DNA of 64,000 nt, from positions 62,436,001 through 62,500,000 of the forward strand of contig NW_024704742.1 of the NCBI RefSeq assembly GCF_018977255.1, given 5' to 3'. The translations under genes and the position numbers were made by a program. Position 1 is the first letter of the stretch. The number at the start of each line of letters is the position of its first letter. Origin of the DNA: Callorhinchus milii (Eukaryota). Below, piece by piece: positions 49,776 through 63,835 of this stretch. The notes beneath the pieces are model-generated. The model was not told the DNA's origin. It searched no databases and worked only from the letters and a program-made list of their open reading frames with translations.

Positions 49776-51100
49776 TCTTATGTTAAGTTAATGTTTTAAC
49801 TAATTTTAAATAAGAACCTGGAAATCGACTCTTAGCATGTTTCTGCAGAGCAGCAGCAATGAGTAGAGGTGAGATATTTTGGGTTATTTAGTGGCAAACT
49901 CAACTGAGGGTCCAAATTTCTCATGTTTTTAGATTTGAGATCATTTAGAAAACTGTTTTAAATCTAATCTCAGATTGGGAGTTGATTTTTGTTTTTTAAG
50001 AAATTGCTTTTGGTTAGTCGGGTGAGGAATCTCATTACCCTGTTGATGAGTATCCAAACCAGACTGAGAGTTCTACATATGTATATTACTTAAGTCTAAA
50101 AATATGGAAAATTGCATCACCCCCTTCCCCCAAAAGCCTCAACTGAATGCATATCTTAGAAACATAGAAATCTACAGAGCAGAAAGGCCATAGGTTCACA
50201 GAGCATGGAGATCAATTTAATCGCCCTGCCACATCGTCCCCCTACCCCTTCTATCCTCTCGATTCCATATGTCTTGCAAAATGTCAGAAAACAATTGGGA
50301 ATTAGTGACATTTACCCACTGAATTAAGAGTGAATTTAAGGTACCTTTCCAAAATTTCGCACAGTCTTGCATTTTAAGATAGTCCTCCTACGTCTAAGAA
50401 TGTGAGAAATTGCAGCACCCATGCTGCCCCCTCCCCTGAACCCCCATTGATCTTTAACTGCAATGAATATCTTGCAAAATGTCTGAAAATAAATGGGAAA
50501 GATCAGCAGCCTAGACTTAGAGTAGAGAGAGTAGCAATATGAAAAATATAAAAATACTGTAAGTAGCTCACGGTCAACATTTGTTTGATTAACTTTTGAA
50601 AGTTTTGTTTCCATGAGATCAGCCTTTTCCAATCTTTACGTACCCAAGCAGACTTTGTGGAAAAATTTGTAATCAATAACTACAAAGTGCACTCTATTGT
50701 GCGCTCTCTGTATTCGCTGTTCAGCAAACCCTGCCGAGAAAGATCAAATTCAGTTAGTGTTTGAGGATGAAATCAGCCTGTCCTCAAAGGATTTGTACAA
50801 GTTAGACATGACAAATTGAAGGAGGCAAATCTATTTCTTGAATGCAGATCAGCATCTTGCTTTGAATCAATCACATAGCTAGTGAGAATGGCTCGGCATA
50901 GCAAATAAAATGTGTTTTATGAAACCTATCAACCGCCATAAAATTCAATATGATTCAACGAGATTTAAAGCCCTTTAATATAGTTGGCACTTTGGAGGAC
51001 TTGAGGTGGTCTGTTTGTGGGTTAAGTCGTTTGAAGTGAAACAAGATAAGATGGTGCTCTTCAGACTTGAAAAAACTTCTCAATGAGAACCTATAAGAGA

Positions 51101-51479
51101 TGTGGAGTTTTGTAGCTTAGTGGTTCAAGCAATCGCCTCATAAGTGAGAGGACCTGGGTTTGATTCCTGGCAGAGCAAAATATTGGGCAAGTTTCCTTAC
51201 TCCACATGCCTCTGTTTAAGTAGCAGTAAGTAGCAACCTTGTTTTTAGTTGATTGGCGGATCACTTTTTCGGGGGTAATCCTTAAAAAAATAATAATTTG
51301 GTCACTCAATCCACGACTGTTGTGGGTTGCTGCTGTGCCCAATTGGCTGCCACTTTCGCCCACAAAATACACAGTAATCCTCTTTACAGTATATTCTTTG
51401 TAGCACATTGAGATGTCTCGAAGACATGATAAAGCGATATATCAAATGCAAGTATTATTGTTATTGTTATTATTATTAT
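51101..51479 (+). mobile_element. SINE-A long form
   Basis: CORE-like ttgggcaagtttccttactccacatgcctctgtttaagtagcagtaa at ~51183-51229; (TTA/TTG) tail. Confidence 0.88.
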
Positions 51480-52040
51480 ACCTTTCACCATGCTGGGTCA
51501 GTGCAACACATCAACATATTGTGTGACTGAATTGCTTACAGTGTTTCACTCTGCTATGGAATTTTACCATATAACTTGTAGAAGGTAACTACATACCCCA
51601 CTCATCACTGATGCTCTGTTTACAATAATTCTATTGAGTTATGCCTTTGGAATAAACTCACCTTGCTTTTTTCCTGGCCTGAAAATGTCTTATCAGCACA
51701 CATTCAACTAACACTGGAAAGTAGCATTGATGTGTTATTACTCACTTGACCCCTTGCAGAATCTAGATGTCCTGACTAAACAGGAGTGCTCTGACCTGAA
51801 ACTGTACTGCACTGTCTGTTGGCATTAGTCATTTTTCTCCCTACTTTCAGCTCCTGGGCATCATTACTCATTTACAATTTTTGACCAAGTGAACATGATT
51901 TGGGATTTGTAAGCATTACTTGATGCGATGTTTAATCATCAGACAAGGTGGAGAACAAAGCAGAACACCTGTCCGTCCATCTCAAAAACAAATAGGAAAT
52001 ATAAGGGAAACATAAACATGCTCTCTGTTTGGAACTTCAT

Positions 52041-52665
52041 GTGACAGCCTAGCTCAGTAGGTAGCACTCTCGCCTCTACATCAGAAGATTGTAGGTTCCA
52101 TCCCCACATTGGGATTTGAACCCATATCGCCTTGGCTGTGTTGCTGGAGCTGTTGTTTATGAGACATTAAACTGAGGTCCTGTCTGCCTGTTTAGGTGGG
52201 CAATAAAAATCCCATGACATTGTTCAAAAACAGAAGGTAGTTTCTTATCATAATAATAATAATCCTTGCATTTGATAAAGCGTCTTATCATGTCTTCAAG
52301 ACATTTCAAAGCTCTTCACAGAATATACTGTAAAGTGAATTGACTGTATATTTTTGTGGGAGAAAAGTAGCAGCCAATTGCTCACAGCAGTGTCCCACAA
52401 ACAGTCGTAGATTGAGTGACCAAATCATTATTATTAATATTATTATTATCTATTATTATGATGATAATATATTATTATTATGGTCCCCTGGCCAAGAATC
52501 CCCCAAATACATTAGTAATTAATTTCATGGCTGTTTATAAGATATTGCTGTGTGCAAATTGGTTGCCGCATTCATCTAGAACATAAATTTCACAGTAAAT
52601 CCTGCGAAGTGTTTTGAAATGTCCTCCTGACTTGAAAGTCACTATATCCAATGTAAGGATTATCT
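52041..52665 (+). mobile_element. SINE-B interrupted by an antisense SINE-A 3' fragment (~52248-52481)
   Basis: SINE-B body stops at ...gtagtttct and resumes at gtcccctggcc. Confidence 0.8.
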
Positions 52666-53984
52666 TTATTTATATACGAACAGCAGGAGGCCATTCAGCT
52701 CATCGAGCATGTTCCATCTGGGACCAAATTTTCGTCATTCTAATTCAATAAATTTTAAAGCAACAGAAACAACAAAAACAATTTACATTTACAGGCACCT
52801 TTCACATCAGCAAGATGTCTCAAAGTACTTTGCACAGCTGACTGGGAGCCTGAGCTGAAGGGTGAGAAGGTGAGGATAGAAGGGGGAAGGTGGCTGAATC
52901 TGGTTGAATAGATAAGTCTTCAGGTAGGTTCTGAAGGCAGAAAAGGAGAGCTAACATTCCTAAGAATAAGACCATGAGAAATCTCAGGCCTCATATATCC
53001 TCTAGCAGAAGAAACTGCCCATTTGACAGCCCTCCTCATTACGCTTGCATATCCATTGATTTGCAGAGCAGATAGTTACGTCAAAGCAGTAATACCTAAA
53101 TCAGTGATGAACTGTGCAAACACATTACTTGTTATCTATCTAGCTGCGACTCGATGACTGTTCAGTCTGCAGGAGCAAGAAACACATTTGTATTCCTCTC
53201 CCATTGCTTTGCAGTTCAGAGAAAAGTCTTCATTATAACACAGTGATTATTTTATGCTACTCCATTTGAATTTCAAAACAAAACTTCATTTCCATTCTTC
53301 CACGTAAATGAACACGCACATTTTCAAAAGCAAATACTTTCTTTTGTACGGTTGGCTGGTCAGCTGGTTGCAAATGGAAGCCATCAAACTAATGTGTGAA
53401 TAATATATATCTAAAAACGGCAATTTATTCTTATTGTTGCATTGGAATGCATAACACATCCAGATAGGCTTTTAGTGTTAAAAAATCAAACTCCGTGTCT
53501 AAAGCTGACATTTCAACCATACAAGCAAAATCATCTCGGAGAGCTCACATCCTCTGCATTGGGTGGTTACCAGAATGACAGCTACAAGAATAAAAAAAAA
53601 TTGAACTTGACTCTTCTGAAGACAGATTTTCCATTTTAGATTTGTTCTAGAGGTTGCTATCGTAAATAATCATGAGCAGCGCAATCATCCTGGCTGATGT
53701 AAAGAAGTGGCTTCATTTATATCGGATACATTTTAATGAACAGGTCTACAGTACTTCTAGGCACAGACCAGAACCTGTGTTTTACAAAATGAAAAGTGGC
53801 TTTTAATCAGTGTAAAGAGTCTCTTTTTTATATTGCAAAGAATCATGTGCAAATTCATAATATTCATATTCAAGTTGACTATTTAAATGCATTCCTTCAA
53901 ATACTTTCAACTCTCATATAAAATAGACTTCATCAACTGTTAGGATAATTGTAGTGGATATGCTTAGGAAGCTGGCTAAATAAT

Positions 53985-54356
53985 ATCAATAATAACTCTT
54001 GCATTTGATATAGCCCCTATGATGTTGACATGTCATAAAATGCCTCATAGCATTTTCTGTAAAGTGTAGTTGTAGTATATTTGTAGGCAAATGAGTCTGT
54101 CAGTTTGCACACAGTCAGTTTGTCTCACAAACAGCCATGAAGTGAATGACCGATTTTATCACAAGAAATATTGGCCCAGACACTATGACAAACTCCCTTC
54201 TCTGTTTTAAATAGTGTCAAGGGATCTTTAACGTCCACTTAAACAACCAGACTTACTTTAGTGTAGGCCTGGACTGTGAGTTCAAAGTCTGGACATAGGT
54301 CTTGAACCCATAATCTTCTGACCTAGAAGTGAGAGTCCGACCAGCTTGGCTCATTT
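53985..54356 (-). mobile_element. SINE-B
   Basis: Tail, cacaaacagccatg, gatctttaacgtccac and ttgaacccataatcttctgac. Confidence 0.75.
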
Positions 54357-55265
54357 GATAGAGTCACTTTGGTAAAATTAATTAACACCATTAAATATAT
54401 ATCTTGATAATTGTAAGTTTCTTTTAGAATCTACTTCTTTGCTTAATTGATTCTAAATCAATTCTCTGTTAAAATAACTTGCTTGATTTTCTGAGGCAAA
54501 GAAATCTGACATTAATAAAAGCTAAAATGGTCAGTGCAAATGGATTGAGAGGCAATGAAAAAAATCTCCATATTTCTACCAAAATGATTATAGCTGGAAT
54601 TATTTTACTATGAATATTATCAGTTACTTAACGTATCAATTATTTTAGTTGACACGGAATGCATGGCAGTGTTATTTCTTGAATGTAATCTGCTTCCCAT
54701 TAAAATTAAAATATTTGTCTGCCGTTGCTTATGGGAAAAAAAATGTCTGCACTCACTACACACTGTGCTGAGTGCAATATTTTAACACCCAAAAAATTAT
54801 TTTTCTGTACCAACATTGGTCTGTTGGATATTGTCATTAGAATGAACTAACTCAAACTTGGTGATAGGGGGTGGGTGGGGAAGTGGTACATTTTTTCTCA
54901 TAATAACTCCTCCAAATGTTTCTCCTCTCCTCTGCTGCCCTGAGAGCATTTCAATCATTTTCCCTGCCCTACCCTGGGATAGAGGATCACAGTATCTCAC
55001 AGAAATGATCATTGTTTATATTTAATAATAATCCTTGCCTTTGATATAGCACTTTATCATTCAACGAGACATCTCAAATCTTTAAGCGAATGCAGCAGCA
55101 TTGTATGTCCCACAAACAGCCTACATACTCACAACAACTGCTACTCCCCAAAAAGGTTTCAATCAGTGTAATCTATATTTGGGATTGCTCCAATAACAGA
55201 TGAGTGAGATTCTATGATTCTAGATTAATATGGCTAAGAATCAGAGTTCTATTGGGAATTAGGCA

Positions 55266-55695
55266 ATAGCCTAACTCAGTCAGCAGCACTCTTTCCTCTG
55301 AGTCAGGAGGTTGTGGGTTCAAGCCCCATGTTGGGCCTTTGAACTCACTCGGCTGACACAGTGCTAAGGGTGTGCTGCATTGTTGGAGGTGCAGCCTTCA
55401 AATGAAACTTTAAACCAAGGCCCCATCTGCCTGTTAAGATACTTGTTAAAGATCCAAGGGCACTAATTGAAAGGGGAGTTTCTCCCGTTGTCCTGGCCAA
55501 CAATCTCCCAAACAAAATTGATCATTCACTTCATGGCTGCATGTGGAACATTGTTGTGCATAAATTTGCTGTTGTGTTCACCTACAAAATCCAAGGTCAC
55601 TATACTTTAAAGTAAAATCCCGTGAAGCGCTTTGAGATGTCTCGAAGACATGATAAGATGATGTACCAATTGTAAGGATTATTAATTATTATTAT
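55266..55695 (+). mobile_element. SINE-B, full length
   Basis: Complete head-body-tail architecture. Confidence 0.85.
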
Positions 55696-55872
55696 AAATA
55701 AATGATGTGTAGTGCTTTAAGATATCCCCTTGATGTGTAAGGCGCTGTACCAAATGCAAAGATTATTTATTTATAATAAAAGAAGATCTCACCAAATTGC
55801 AGCAAAATCAAACTTTTAATTGAAACCTGACTTTACGTACCTAAACAGCTAATTTGTTAGTTAAATTCCTAC

Positions 55873-57300
55873 TCTCAAACTACCACCCCACCGCCAACAT
55901 CCCTTTCCTCTCCAAGGTCCTGGAATAAATTGTTGATTCCCAGCTTCGCTCCTTCTTCTCCCACTACTCCCTTCATGAACCCCTCCAATTCGGGTTTCCA
56001 TGACGCCCACTGCACAGAAACAGCCCTGGTCAAAGTGACAAATGACATTCTGTCCATCTGCGACCAGGGCTCCCTCTGCCTCCTCATTCTTCTTGACCTC
56101 TCTACTGCCTTCGAGACCATTGACCACTCTATCCTCATCCACCACTGTCCTCTCAGCCTCAACCTTTACGGTTCTGTCTTTGAATGGTTCAGATCGTACC
56201 TCTCACACCACTTCCACTTCATCTCCACAAACGGCTTCTTCTCCAGCCTCCACACCGTCTTGTGCGGGGTTCCTCAGAGGTCTGTCCTTGGTCCCCTCCT
56301 CTACAACATCTATATACTCCTTCTTGGTGACATCATCCGCAGATATGGGGTCAACTTCCACATGTACGTGGATGACACCCAACTGTATCTCTCTGCTACT
56401 ACCCTTGAGTCCAGAACCTGTCAGACATCAAGTCCTTTATGAGAGCTAACTTTCTTCAGTTGAACGTCAACAAGACCGAGGCTCTCTTGATTGGCTCCCG
56501 TCAGCGCCTCCATTCCTCAGCATCACCATCCATGGATGTACAATCCACCTTACTGAGCCAGTCCGGAAACTTGGTGTCTTCTTTGACTCTCAACTAGCCT
56601 TTCTACCCCACATCCATGCCATGACCCGCTCTGCCTTACCCCACCTCCGCAACATTGCTCGGCTCCACCACTGTCTCACACTGCAGGCCACCAAAACCCT
56701 CATACATGCATCCATAACATCGGGGCTTCACTATGCAAACTCCTTGCTTGTTGGCCTCCCCAACTCCTCCCTCCGTAGGCTGCAGATCATCCAGAACTCT
56801 GCAGCCCCTGTCCTCTCCCGCACCAGGCTCTGTGACCCTATCACCCCCATCCTTGCCTGACTCCACTGACTTCCCATCACTCAGAGGATACAGTTCAAGA
56901 TCCTAGTCCTCATTTTCAAAGCCCTCCATGGTCTTCCTGCCTCCTACCTCTGAGACCTCCTAAATCTCTACCATCCTGCCCGCTCCCTCCACTCAGTGGG
57001 CTCCGACCTGCTTCACAACCCCTGCCTTGCACCCCCCCACCGTTAGATGGCGGGCCTTCTGGCACTCTGCCCCTACCCTCTGGAACTCCATCCTGCAGTC
57101 CCTCCACCTCGGCCCTCGCTTGCGTCCTTCAAGACCCATCTGAAGACCCCCCTCTTCGACTGTGCTTTCAATCATATTGCTTCTCCCCAGTCCTCCACCC
57201 TCCCCAATCCCAACCCCCAGCTCGGGTCCGAAACAAAGACTTGGGACGTCCTTCCGATGTGAAAGGCTCTATACAAATGTAATTTTGTTGTGGTTGTTGT
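55873..57300 (+). mobile_element. L2 LINE, 1.4 kb, 5'-truncated
   Basis: TETALVKVTND..LLDLS.AF..GVPQ.SVLGPLL..FHMYVDDTQLY; HLRNIARL; (GTT) tail. Confidence 0.92.
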
Positions 57301-57473
57301 ATATTCGCTCAGGATATGTGGAAATCAAGGCTTTTACAGAAGTTCAGTGTATTAGGGAACTAAAGTTTTTATACCCAAGTGCTACGTGTGGAATGATTTC
57401 AGGAATCAAATTGACACCCGAATGCTTGAGTAAAATAAATGAAACTGGCAATCATTCAATCATTGACAGGTTG

Positions 57474-57862
57474 TGTGTCAGTCTGACTCAGTTGCAACAC
57501 TCCCGCCTCTAGATCAGTAGGTTCAAGTCCCATGAGGTCACAAACTCATCTGATACTCCAGTGTAGTGCCCTCCTTCAGATGAAACATTAAACCGAGGTC
57601 CCATCTGTCTGTTCAGTGGGAAGATAAAGATACCATGACACTATTCAAGAATAGAACAGAGCATCTCGTCTTTCCTGGCCAATAACCCTCCAGATAAATT
57701 GGGCATTCATCTCTTGGCTGGTTGTGGAATCTTGCTGTGCATAAAATTGGCTGCGGCATATGCCAACAAAATAGTAATTCACTTGATAGCAATTACTTGT
57801 GAAGTTCTTTGAAGTCTTTTGACATTATTGGTTCCAAATCAAATGCAAGCATTATTATTATT
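57474..57862 (+). mobile_element. SINE-B
   Basis: gtgtcagtctgactcagttg head; ttaaaccgaggtccc; gaatcttgctgtgc. Confidence 0.78.
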
Positions 57863-57997
57863 AATCTCTCCATTGAGAAGACTGACATATTGTTACCAAG
57901 AGCGAGGCCAAAATTGCTGGATGTTTAATAGCAGATTGTGGTGCTCAGTACATCGGCAGCAGAACTGTGGCTAAGCTTTCAAAAGCTACTACAGCTC

Positions 57998-58484
57998 ATA
58001 ATGGCCTTGGAGGGGGTGCAGAAGAGATTTACTAGAATGGTACCAGGGGTGAGGGACTTCAGTTATGTGGAGAGACTAGAGAAGCTTTAATTGTTCTCCT
58101 TAGAGCAGTGGAAGGTAAAGGGGAGATTTAATAGAAGTGTTCAATATTATGAGGGGCTTTGATAGAGTAGATAGGGGGAAACTGTTTCCACTGGCAGGTG
58201 GATCAGTAACCAGGGGACACAGATTTAAAATAATTGGCAAAAGAACCAGAGGAGAGATGAGGAGAATTTTTTTTACACAGACTTTTGTTACGGTTTGGAA
58301 TGCACTGCCTGTCAGGGTGGTGGAAACAGACTCCATGCAACTTTCAAAAGGGAATTAGATAGGTACTTGAAAAAGAAAAATTTGCAGGCATATGGGGAAA
58401 GAGCAGGGAGTGGGACTAATTGGGTCGGCACAGGGCCGATGGCCAAATGGTCTCTTTCTGTACTGTTATATACTATGATTCTAG
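57998..58484 (+). mobile_element. CR1 LINE 3' end, well preserved
   Basis: LEGVQKRFTRMVPG...SY.ERL; GFDRVD..KLFPL...TRGHRFKI.GKR......FFTQ..V.VWNALP; ends ctatgattcta. Confidence 0.92.
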
Positions 58485-58789
58485 AATAATGGCTGTGGCT
58501 GAGACACAAAAGAAATGTCAAAACTGATGATTTGGACAAAAACTACCATCAAAGTAATTCTTCATTTGTTAGGTCCCTGAGGTAGTCCAATATCTGGATA
58601 CAATATTTTGGGGGCTTTGATTAAACTAACCAATTCAGGTTGGTTTAACAGCATCGCCTGGCCCCTGCAGAATGATTGAAGAATAAGATTAAGGGCATTG
58701 CTGTATCATTGTCAAAGTCCTGCAATTCCAATCCATGGAGGAACCAAGACACGGGCTTGGCCCTTATAGAGAATTACAGATATTTATTT

Positions 58790-59070
58790 GAACTCACCTA
58801 AAAAGAACCAAACTGTTAAAGAGATGAGCTACAGAGGATGACTGGAAAAAAAGAGATCTTTTTCAGAGGAGACCTTATGGTGTTAAATGAACTTGAGATA
58901 ATAAGACCACAACATACACTTTGATAAGTGAGAGCAGCAAGATTATTAAGAAGACGCAGGTTTAAAATTTTGAAGGATGATTCTAGGACAGAACCCAGGA
59001 GGTATTTACCTATATAGAGGCTAATCAACAGCTGGTATAAGTTACCAGAATGGAAGACCAGGACATTGGA
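58790..59070 (+). mobile_element. CR1 3' fragment, old
   Basis: Degraded RGDL and ..RFKI.K..SRT..R.YL motifs. Confidence 0.5.
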
Positions 59071-59132
59071 AGCAAGACCTAAAATCTATCCCAAGGGGAA
59101 ATGCATGTTATAGTAGTTGGAGTATTGCTATT

Positions 59133-59861
59133 ACAACTACAACTTGCACTTGTATAGAACCCTCCACACATGCAGGGCAGCGACTCAGAGTGCTTAACAG
59201 TGGTGGAGCCTGACTCCAAGCTAGGGGCGGGGAGGTGGCTGTAAGCATGGTCGAAAAGGAACGTTTTCAGGCAGGACTTGAAAAAGGGGAGAGGGGCAAG
59301 GTGGAGGGATTGAAGGAGAATGTGCCAGAGTTTTGAGGCATAGTGGCTGAATGCGCGACCTCCAATGGTGGAGTGAGGGTGCGAGGAACAAGCAGGAGGC
59401 CGGTACCAGTCCAGAGATTGGAGAGGTAGGGTGGTGCCAGGGAGTGAAGGGGTTTGAACATGAGTTTGAGGAGTCAGTGGAGCCTGGCCAGAACTGGTAA
59501 GATGGGGATACATAGTTTGGTCTGGGTAAGTATGTGGGCAGCAGAGTTCTGAATGAGCTGTACAGTGCAGCTGGGGAGACTGGCGAGGAGCGCCTTTGCA
59601 TAATCCAGGCAGGAGGTGACAAACACATGCACAAGGGTTTTCGCTGCACGTGAGCTAAGGTATGGTCAGAGGCGGGCAATGTAGCGGAGGTGGAGGAAGG
59701 TGGTCCTGGTCAGGGACCAGATGTGGAGAAGGAAGGACAGCTGGGGATCGAACCAGATGCCTAGATTGTGCACTGGTTCAATGAGTCTGAGAGAGAGCCC
59801 AGGGAGATTGAGTTCAGATCCGCAGGAATGAAAACATTGACGGGAGCCAAGAACTATGGCT
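59133..59861 (-). mobile_element. L2 3' end, same subfamily as 36681-38589
   Basis: Shared tail and GGRAFSH.A.KLW motif; internal deletions. Confidence 0.88.
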
Positions 59862-60046
59862 TGCTATGTCTGCTATCTTTTATTTACAGGTCATTGATAC
59901 CGGGAGACATACTAAATAGCATTGAGTATGAAGTCAAATTTACATACGTGGGTATATGTGTTTGAATACTATGCTGTGGTCTGGAGTCTAGAATGTAAAA
60001 CATTTACCACGATATCAGTAATACAGCCTACTCTGATAATGCGGGG

Positions 60047-60381
60047 TAATGATAATAATAATAATAATAATAATAATAATCCTTGCATTTGATATAGCGC
60101 TTTTCACGTCAGGAGGACGTCCCAAAGCGCTTCACAGAACACACTGTAAAGTGAATTGACTGTATATTTGTGGGCGAACGCGGCAGCCAATTGCGCACAG
60201 CAATGTCCCACAAACAGTCGTTGATTGAAAATGACCAATTTATTATTGTTTTTGGTTTTGGAGGGATTATTATTAGGCGTGTGGAGTAAGGAAACTTGCC
60301 CAAGGTTTCGCCCTGTCTGGAATTGAACTCAGGTCTCTCGCTTGCAAAGCGAGTGCTCTAACCACTGAGCTACAGGACTCC
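60047..60381 (-). mobile_element. SINE-A young copy
   Basis: Near-identical to 43960-44291; perfect anticodon-like stem CTCGC/GCGAG around TTTGCAA. Confidence 0.95.
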
Positions 60382-61338
60382 GAAATGATATAAACATAAT
60401 ATGCTGAAAGATGGAACCTGCAGGAAGGAATGTAATCTCAGATGTGTAAACATGAACAACCTCTATTTCCTTTTGTTTTATTGAAGAGCTTTATTCTTAT
60501 CCTCTTTGTCCACAATAGCACCTCAGTGCAGTGATGAGGAGAATAAGAGTGATCGCTAGTATGAGGAAGAACTGTGAGATGAATCCAGAACTATGTTCAA
60601 TTACTGTCTGTTGCCCTCACCCCCTCCCTCTCCCAAGTAACAAACTCAAGACTGCAAAAAAAAGCCACTTTCTAAAAGAAAGTCAATTCAGCAAATAGCT
60701 ATGTAGCCTGTTGAAAACTGAACTCAATGGGGGGGTTTGATACATCGCTATTTGAAGGTGCTAATCAGATCCCTTCAATCACCCTTTTTATCAGTTCACC
60801 AGATCCCCTAGAAAGAACTGGGACTGACCTGCTGATTAGGATAATGCTAAAGAACCTTTGTAGTCTATTGCGACTATGGATTGTTAATACTCTTGGCTGT
60901 TTTGATTACCCAAACAGAGGAACACTTCGATTGTGTTGATCAGTGAAGTGATGATGTTAATCCGGCCTCTGCAGTCATTGTTCAGTACAATTTGTTTTAT
61001 TTTGTTTTCCTCCCTTTTTTCCAGTGAATTTGACTCAGTTTCACACCACTCTTTAGAGGAGATATAGCAAACAAATAAAGATTATCCAATGTAAAAACTC
61101 TGTCCTATGTCCAAGTGTTCTCTTTGGTGGTGGAAGCCGATGAGATGTCAAGACAGATCATATCAATCAGCCATTTTTGCCCCAAGTACTGCTCTCAGTT
61201 ACCAGCAAACAATCCTTTACAATCATTTTTACTTTTTTCTTTTGGTATTGTTTGATAAAAATATTATGTTTGCTGATTCTGCTTCACTGAGATAAGTTAT
61301 TACATTTAATCTACACACTTGAGATTGCTTTTACAAGA

Positions 61339-61515
61339 TTTTTTTTGGACAGCCAGGTGTCTGACACATGCAGACACCCATCACCATGCTCAAGGCTTGG
61401 GGACCCCAGAGTGTGCGTTGGGGACTGCTGCAGTCTAACCATCTAAAACCGCATAGCTTGCCATTGATAGCACTGTCTGGCAAGCTTTCCTGCTGCTTGC
61501 CCAGCTAGGACCATC
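61339..61515 (-). repeat. Family C copy, internally deleted, oligo-A end
   Basis: T8-ggacagccaggtgtctgacacatgcagacacccatcaccatgct joined directly to caaggcttggggacc. Confidence 0.78.
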
Positions 61516-61544
61516 CAATTCAAATCACTTTAAAATACATTTAT

Positions 61545-62139
61545 TACACTTTTGCAGTAAAATCCCATGAAGCACTTTGAGATATTTTCCTGACATGGAA
61601 GGTGATGTATACATCATCCCTTTAACTTCTTTTCAGGATTTACTGTAAGTATAGTGAATGCATATTTCGTAGGCGATTACTCCAGCCAATTTGCGCACAG
61701 CAATATACCACAAAACAACCAGAAAGTATATGACCAATTTTATCTGGGGTATTTTTGGCAAGGGCACAGGGAGAAATTCCCTTCTTTTTGTGAATACACA
61801 GATTGGACCTTGGTTTAACATCTCATCCAAAGGACAGCATCTCCAACAATCCAAGACACCCTCAGCACTGCATTGGAATGTGTGTAGCCAAAACTATGTG
61901 AGTTCAAAGTCCTGATTTGGAGCTTGAAGCCACAATGTCCACTCCTGCCCCCTCCTCCCCATTTTCAGGTCGCACCTGAATACCTTCCTCTTCCATTGTG
62001 CCCATGGTCACCTCCCCCAGTTCGATGTCATGCTCCACCACTGTCAAGTACTTTGTGATGCTACCTGGTGTGAAGGGCCAATAGAAATGCAAGTTGTTGT
62101 TGAGAGGCGAGAGTGCTACCAACTGAGCCAGGGTGACAC
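61545..62139 (-). mobile_element. SINE-B with a nested opposite-strand L2 tail (~61935-62101)
   Basis: Head split: ...ttgaagccacaa | insert ending caagttgttgtt | gagaggcgagagtgctaccaactgagcc. Confidence 0.8.
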
Positions 62140-62664
62140 TGTATTATAATACTGTAATATAGTAGAATTTTCCTGGAGTATCCATGATAGCCCAGCAGTA
62201 TCTATGAACAGTTATGCTTCTTTAAATATCTTTTATTGGAACTTTCATTCTCCCTCACCAGGGGTTATTTCTTATATTTGATGCTCCTGCTTTTGACTTT
62301 AAAGGAACCCAATAAAAATGTGATCCCCAAACTTTCTGGCCTAAAATCTGATGTCCAAAATTTATTGTTGTCTTAACCTTAAGATCATTACTTTTATCTT
62401 GAAGCAGATAATTTGGAAGCTGCAACCTTACATTTTAAGACAATGGTTTTAAGCTTATTACCTGGGACATGGCCTCAGACTTCTCCACAGAATGAGGTAC
62501 AGAAATCCTGCACTGACACCACTGGGAAGAATTATAATGTATGTTTTTATGCTGCTAAATAGCTAACATCCAGCGATCTATACACTGATTTTGGTACACA
62601 CAAGCTCTATCACAACATAGTGCTGATAGTATTATCTACTAATGGTACTCCTGTCAAACCACTG

Positions 62665-62900
62665 AACCATGTAGATTTACAGCACAGAAGAAGGGCGTTC
62701 AGCCCATTGTGTTGGCTCTTTCAAACAGCAATCCATTCAGCCCTATTTACTTGCCATATTTCACCTCCTGCAAATTACTACATTTTAGATATCGATCTCG
62801 TTCTCTCTTTAAGCTAATGTTGGATTCTGCTTTGACAACTGCACCTGGCAGTACATTCCATATTCTAACAACTTTCAAGCATTTCTCCTAATCTCTGTGG
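62665..62900 (-). mobile_element. CR1 3' end
   Basis: cagcacagaagaagggcgttcagccc tail; ggcagtacattccatattctaac. Confidence 0.7.
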
Positions 62901-63835
62901 TAAAGTAATTCCCTTAATCTGCTAACCACAATAAAACACTGCTATTCTGCAGAACAGGCATTTAATTAAGAAACCAAGCACTGTATTTGTGATAAAGTTG
63001 AATATAATAATAATGATCCTTGGCATTTGATATAGTGCCGTAGCACATCTTAGAGACGTCTCAAAGCGCTTATGAACTGAGGTAGCTAAATATTTTCACA
63101 AACAAATTCAGAATTCGGACTCATTGCCAGTAAGACACTGTTTGTACAGATAGTTTAAAATACAGATGATTTCATTTTCTACCATACTTCCTCGCTGTGT
63201 CATCTTTGCTTGACAACATCACTCCTTTCTGGTGTGAATAATGCATTCACTACAAGCGATTGCAGTGAGCACATTTCCTCAGCAATTCTTAAAACATTGG
63301 ATGAGACACAATCAATTTCTCTCCTCCTAAAACTGATACAGTCTTGATGTTCTCACATTCTGGTCTGGGATGATAAACTGCTGTTGTTGTTATTGCAGTA
63401 ACATGAAGCAGCCGGCAGCACATTCACCTGTTGACCAAAAAAGTCAAGGCGTTTGTGACCATGATACTGTCTTGCACAAGAGTTCTTGTTCTTTAAAGTA
63501 GTTCCAATTTTTTGCAACATTATGTTATCCCTGTTAACCAAAGCATGAGATTATATTGCACCCATTCCTAGCTGTGGAATTGAACTAATGAGCTGCTTAT
63601 TTTAAAAAAAGGCTCTTACGCTCTTAATATTGATGTTGGAAGTAAAAGTGTATTGTACTAGGCAGAGAAATTGCAGTTATATATATGTACAATTGCTGTA
63701 GTGCAGCTGGTCTTGACTCGCTTTGCATCATCCAGAGTTACAGACATGAGCGGTGAGCATGCCCTAGCTCTGACTGACTTCCGTGTTACCAGCACTCTAG
63801 GGATAGGTCTATGGGTCCGAAATTCCAACTTGTCT

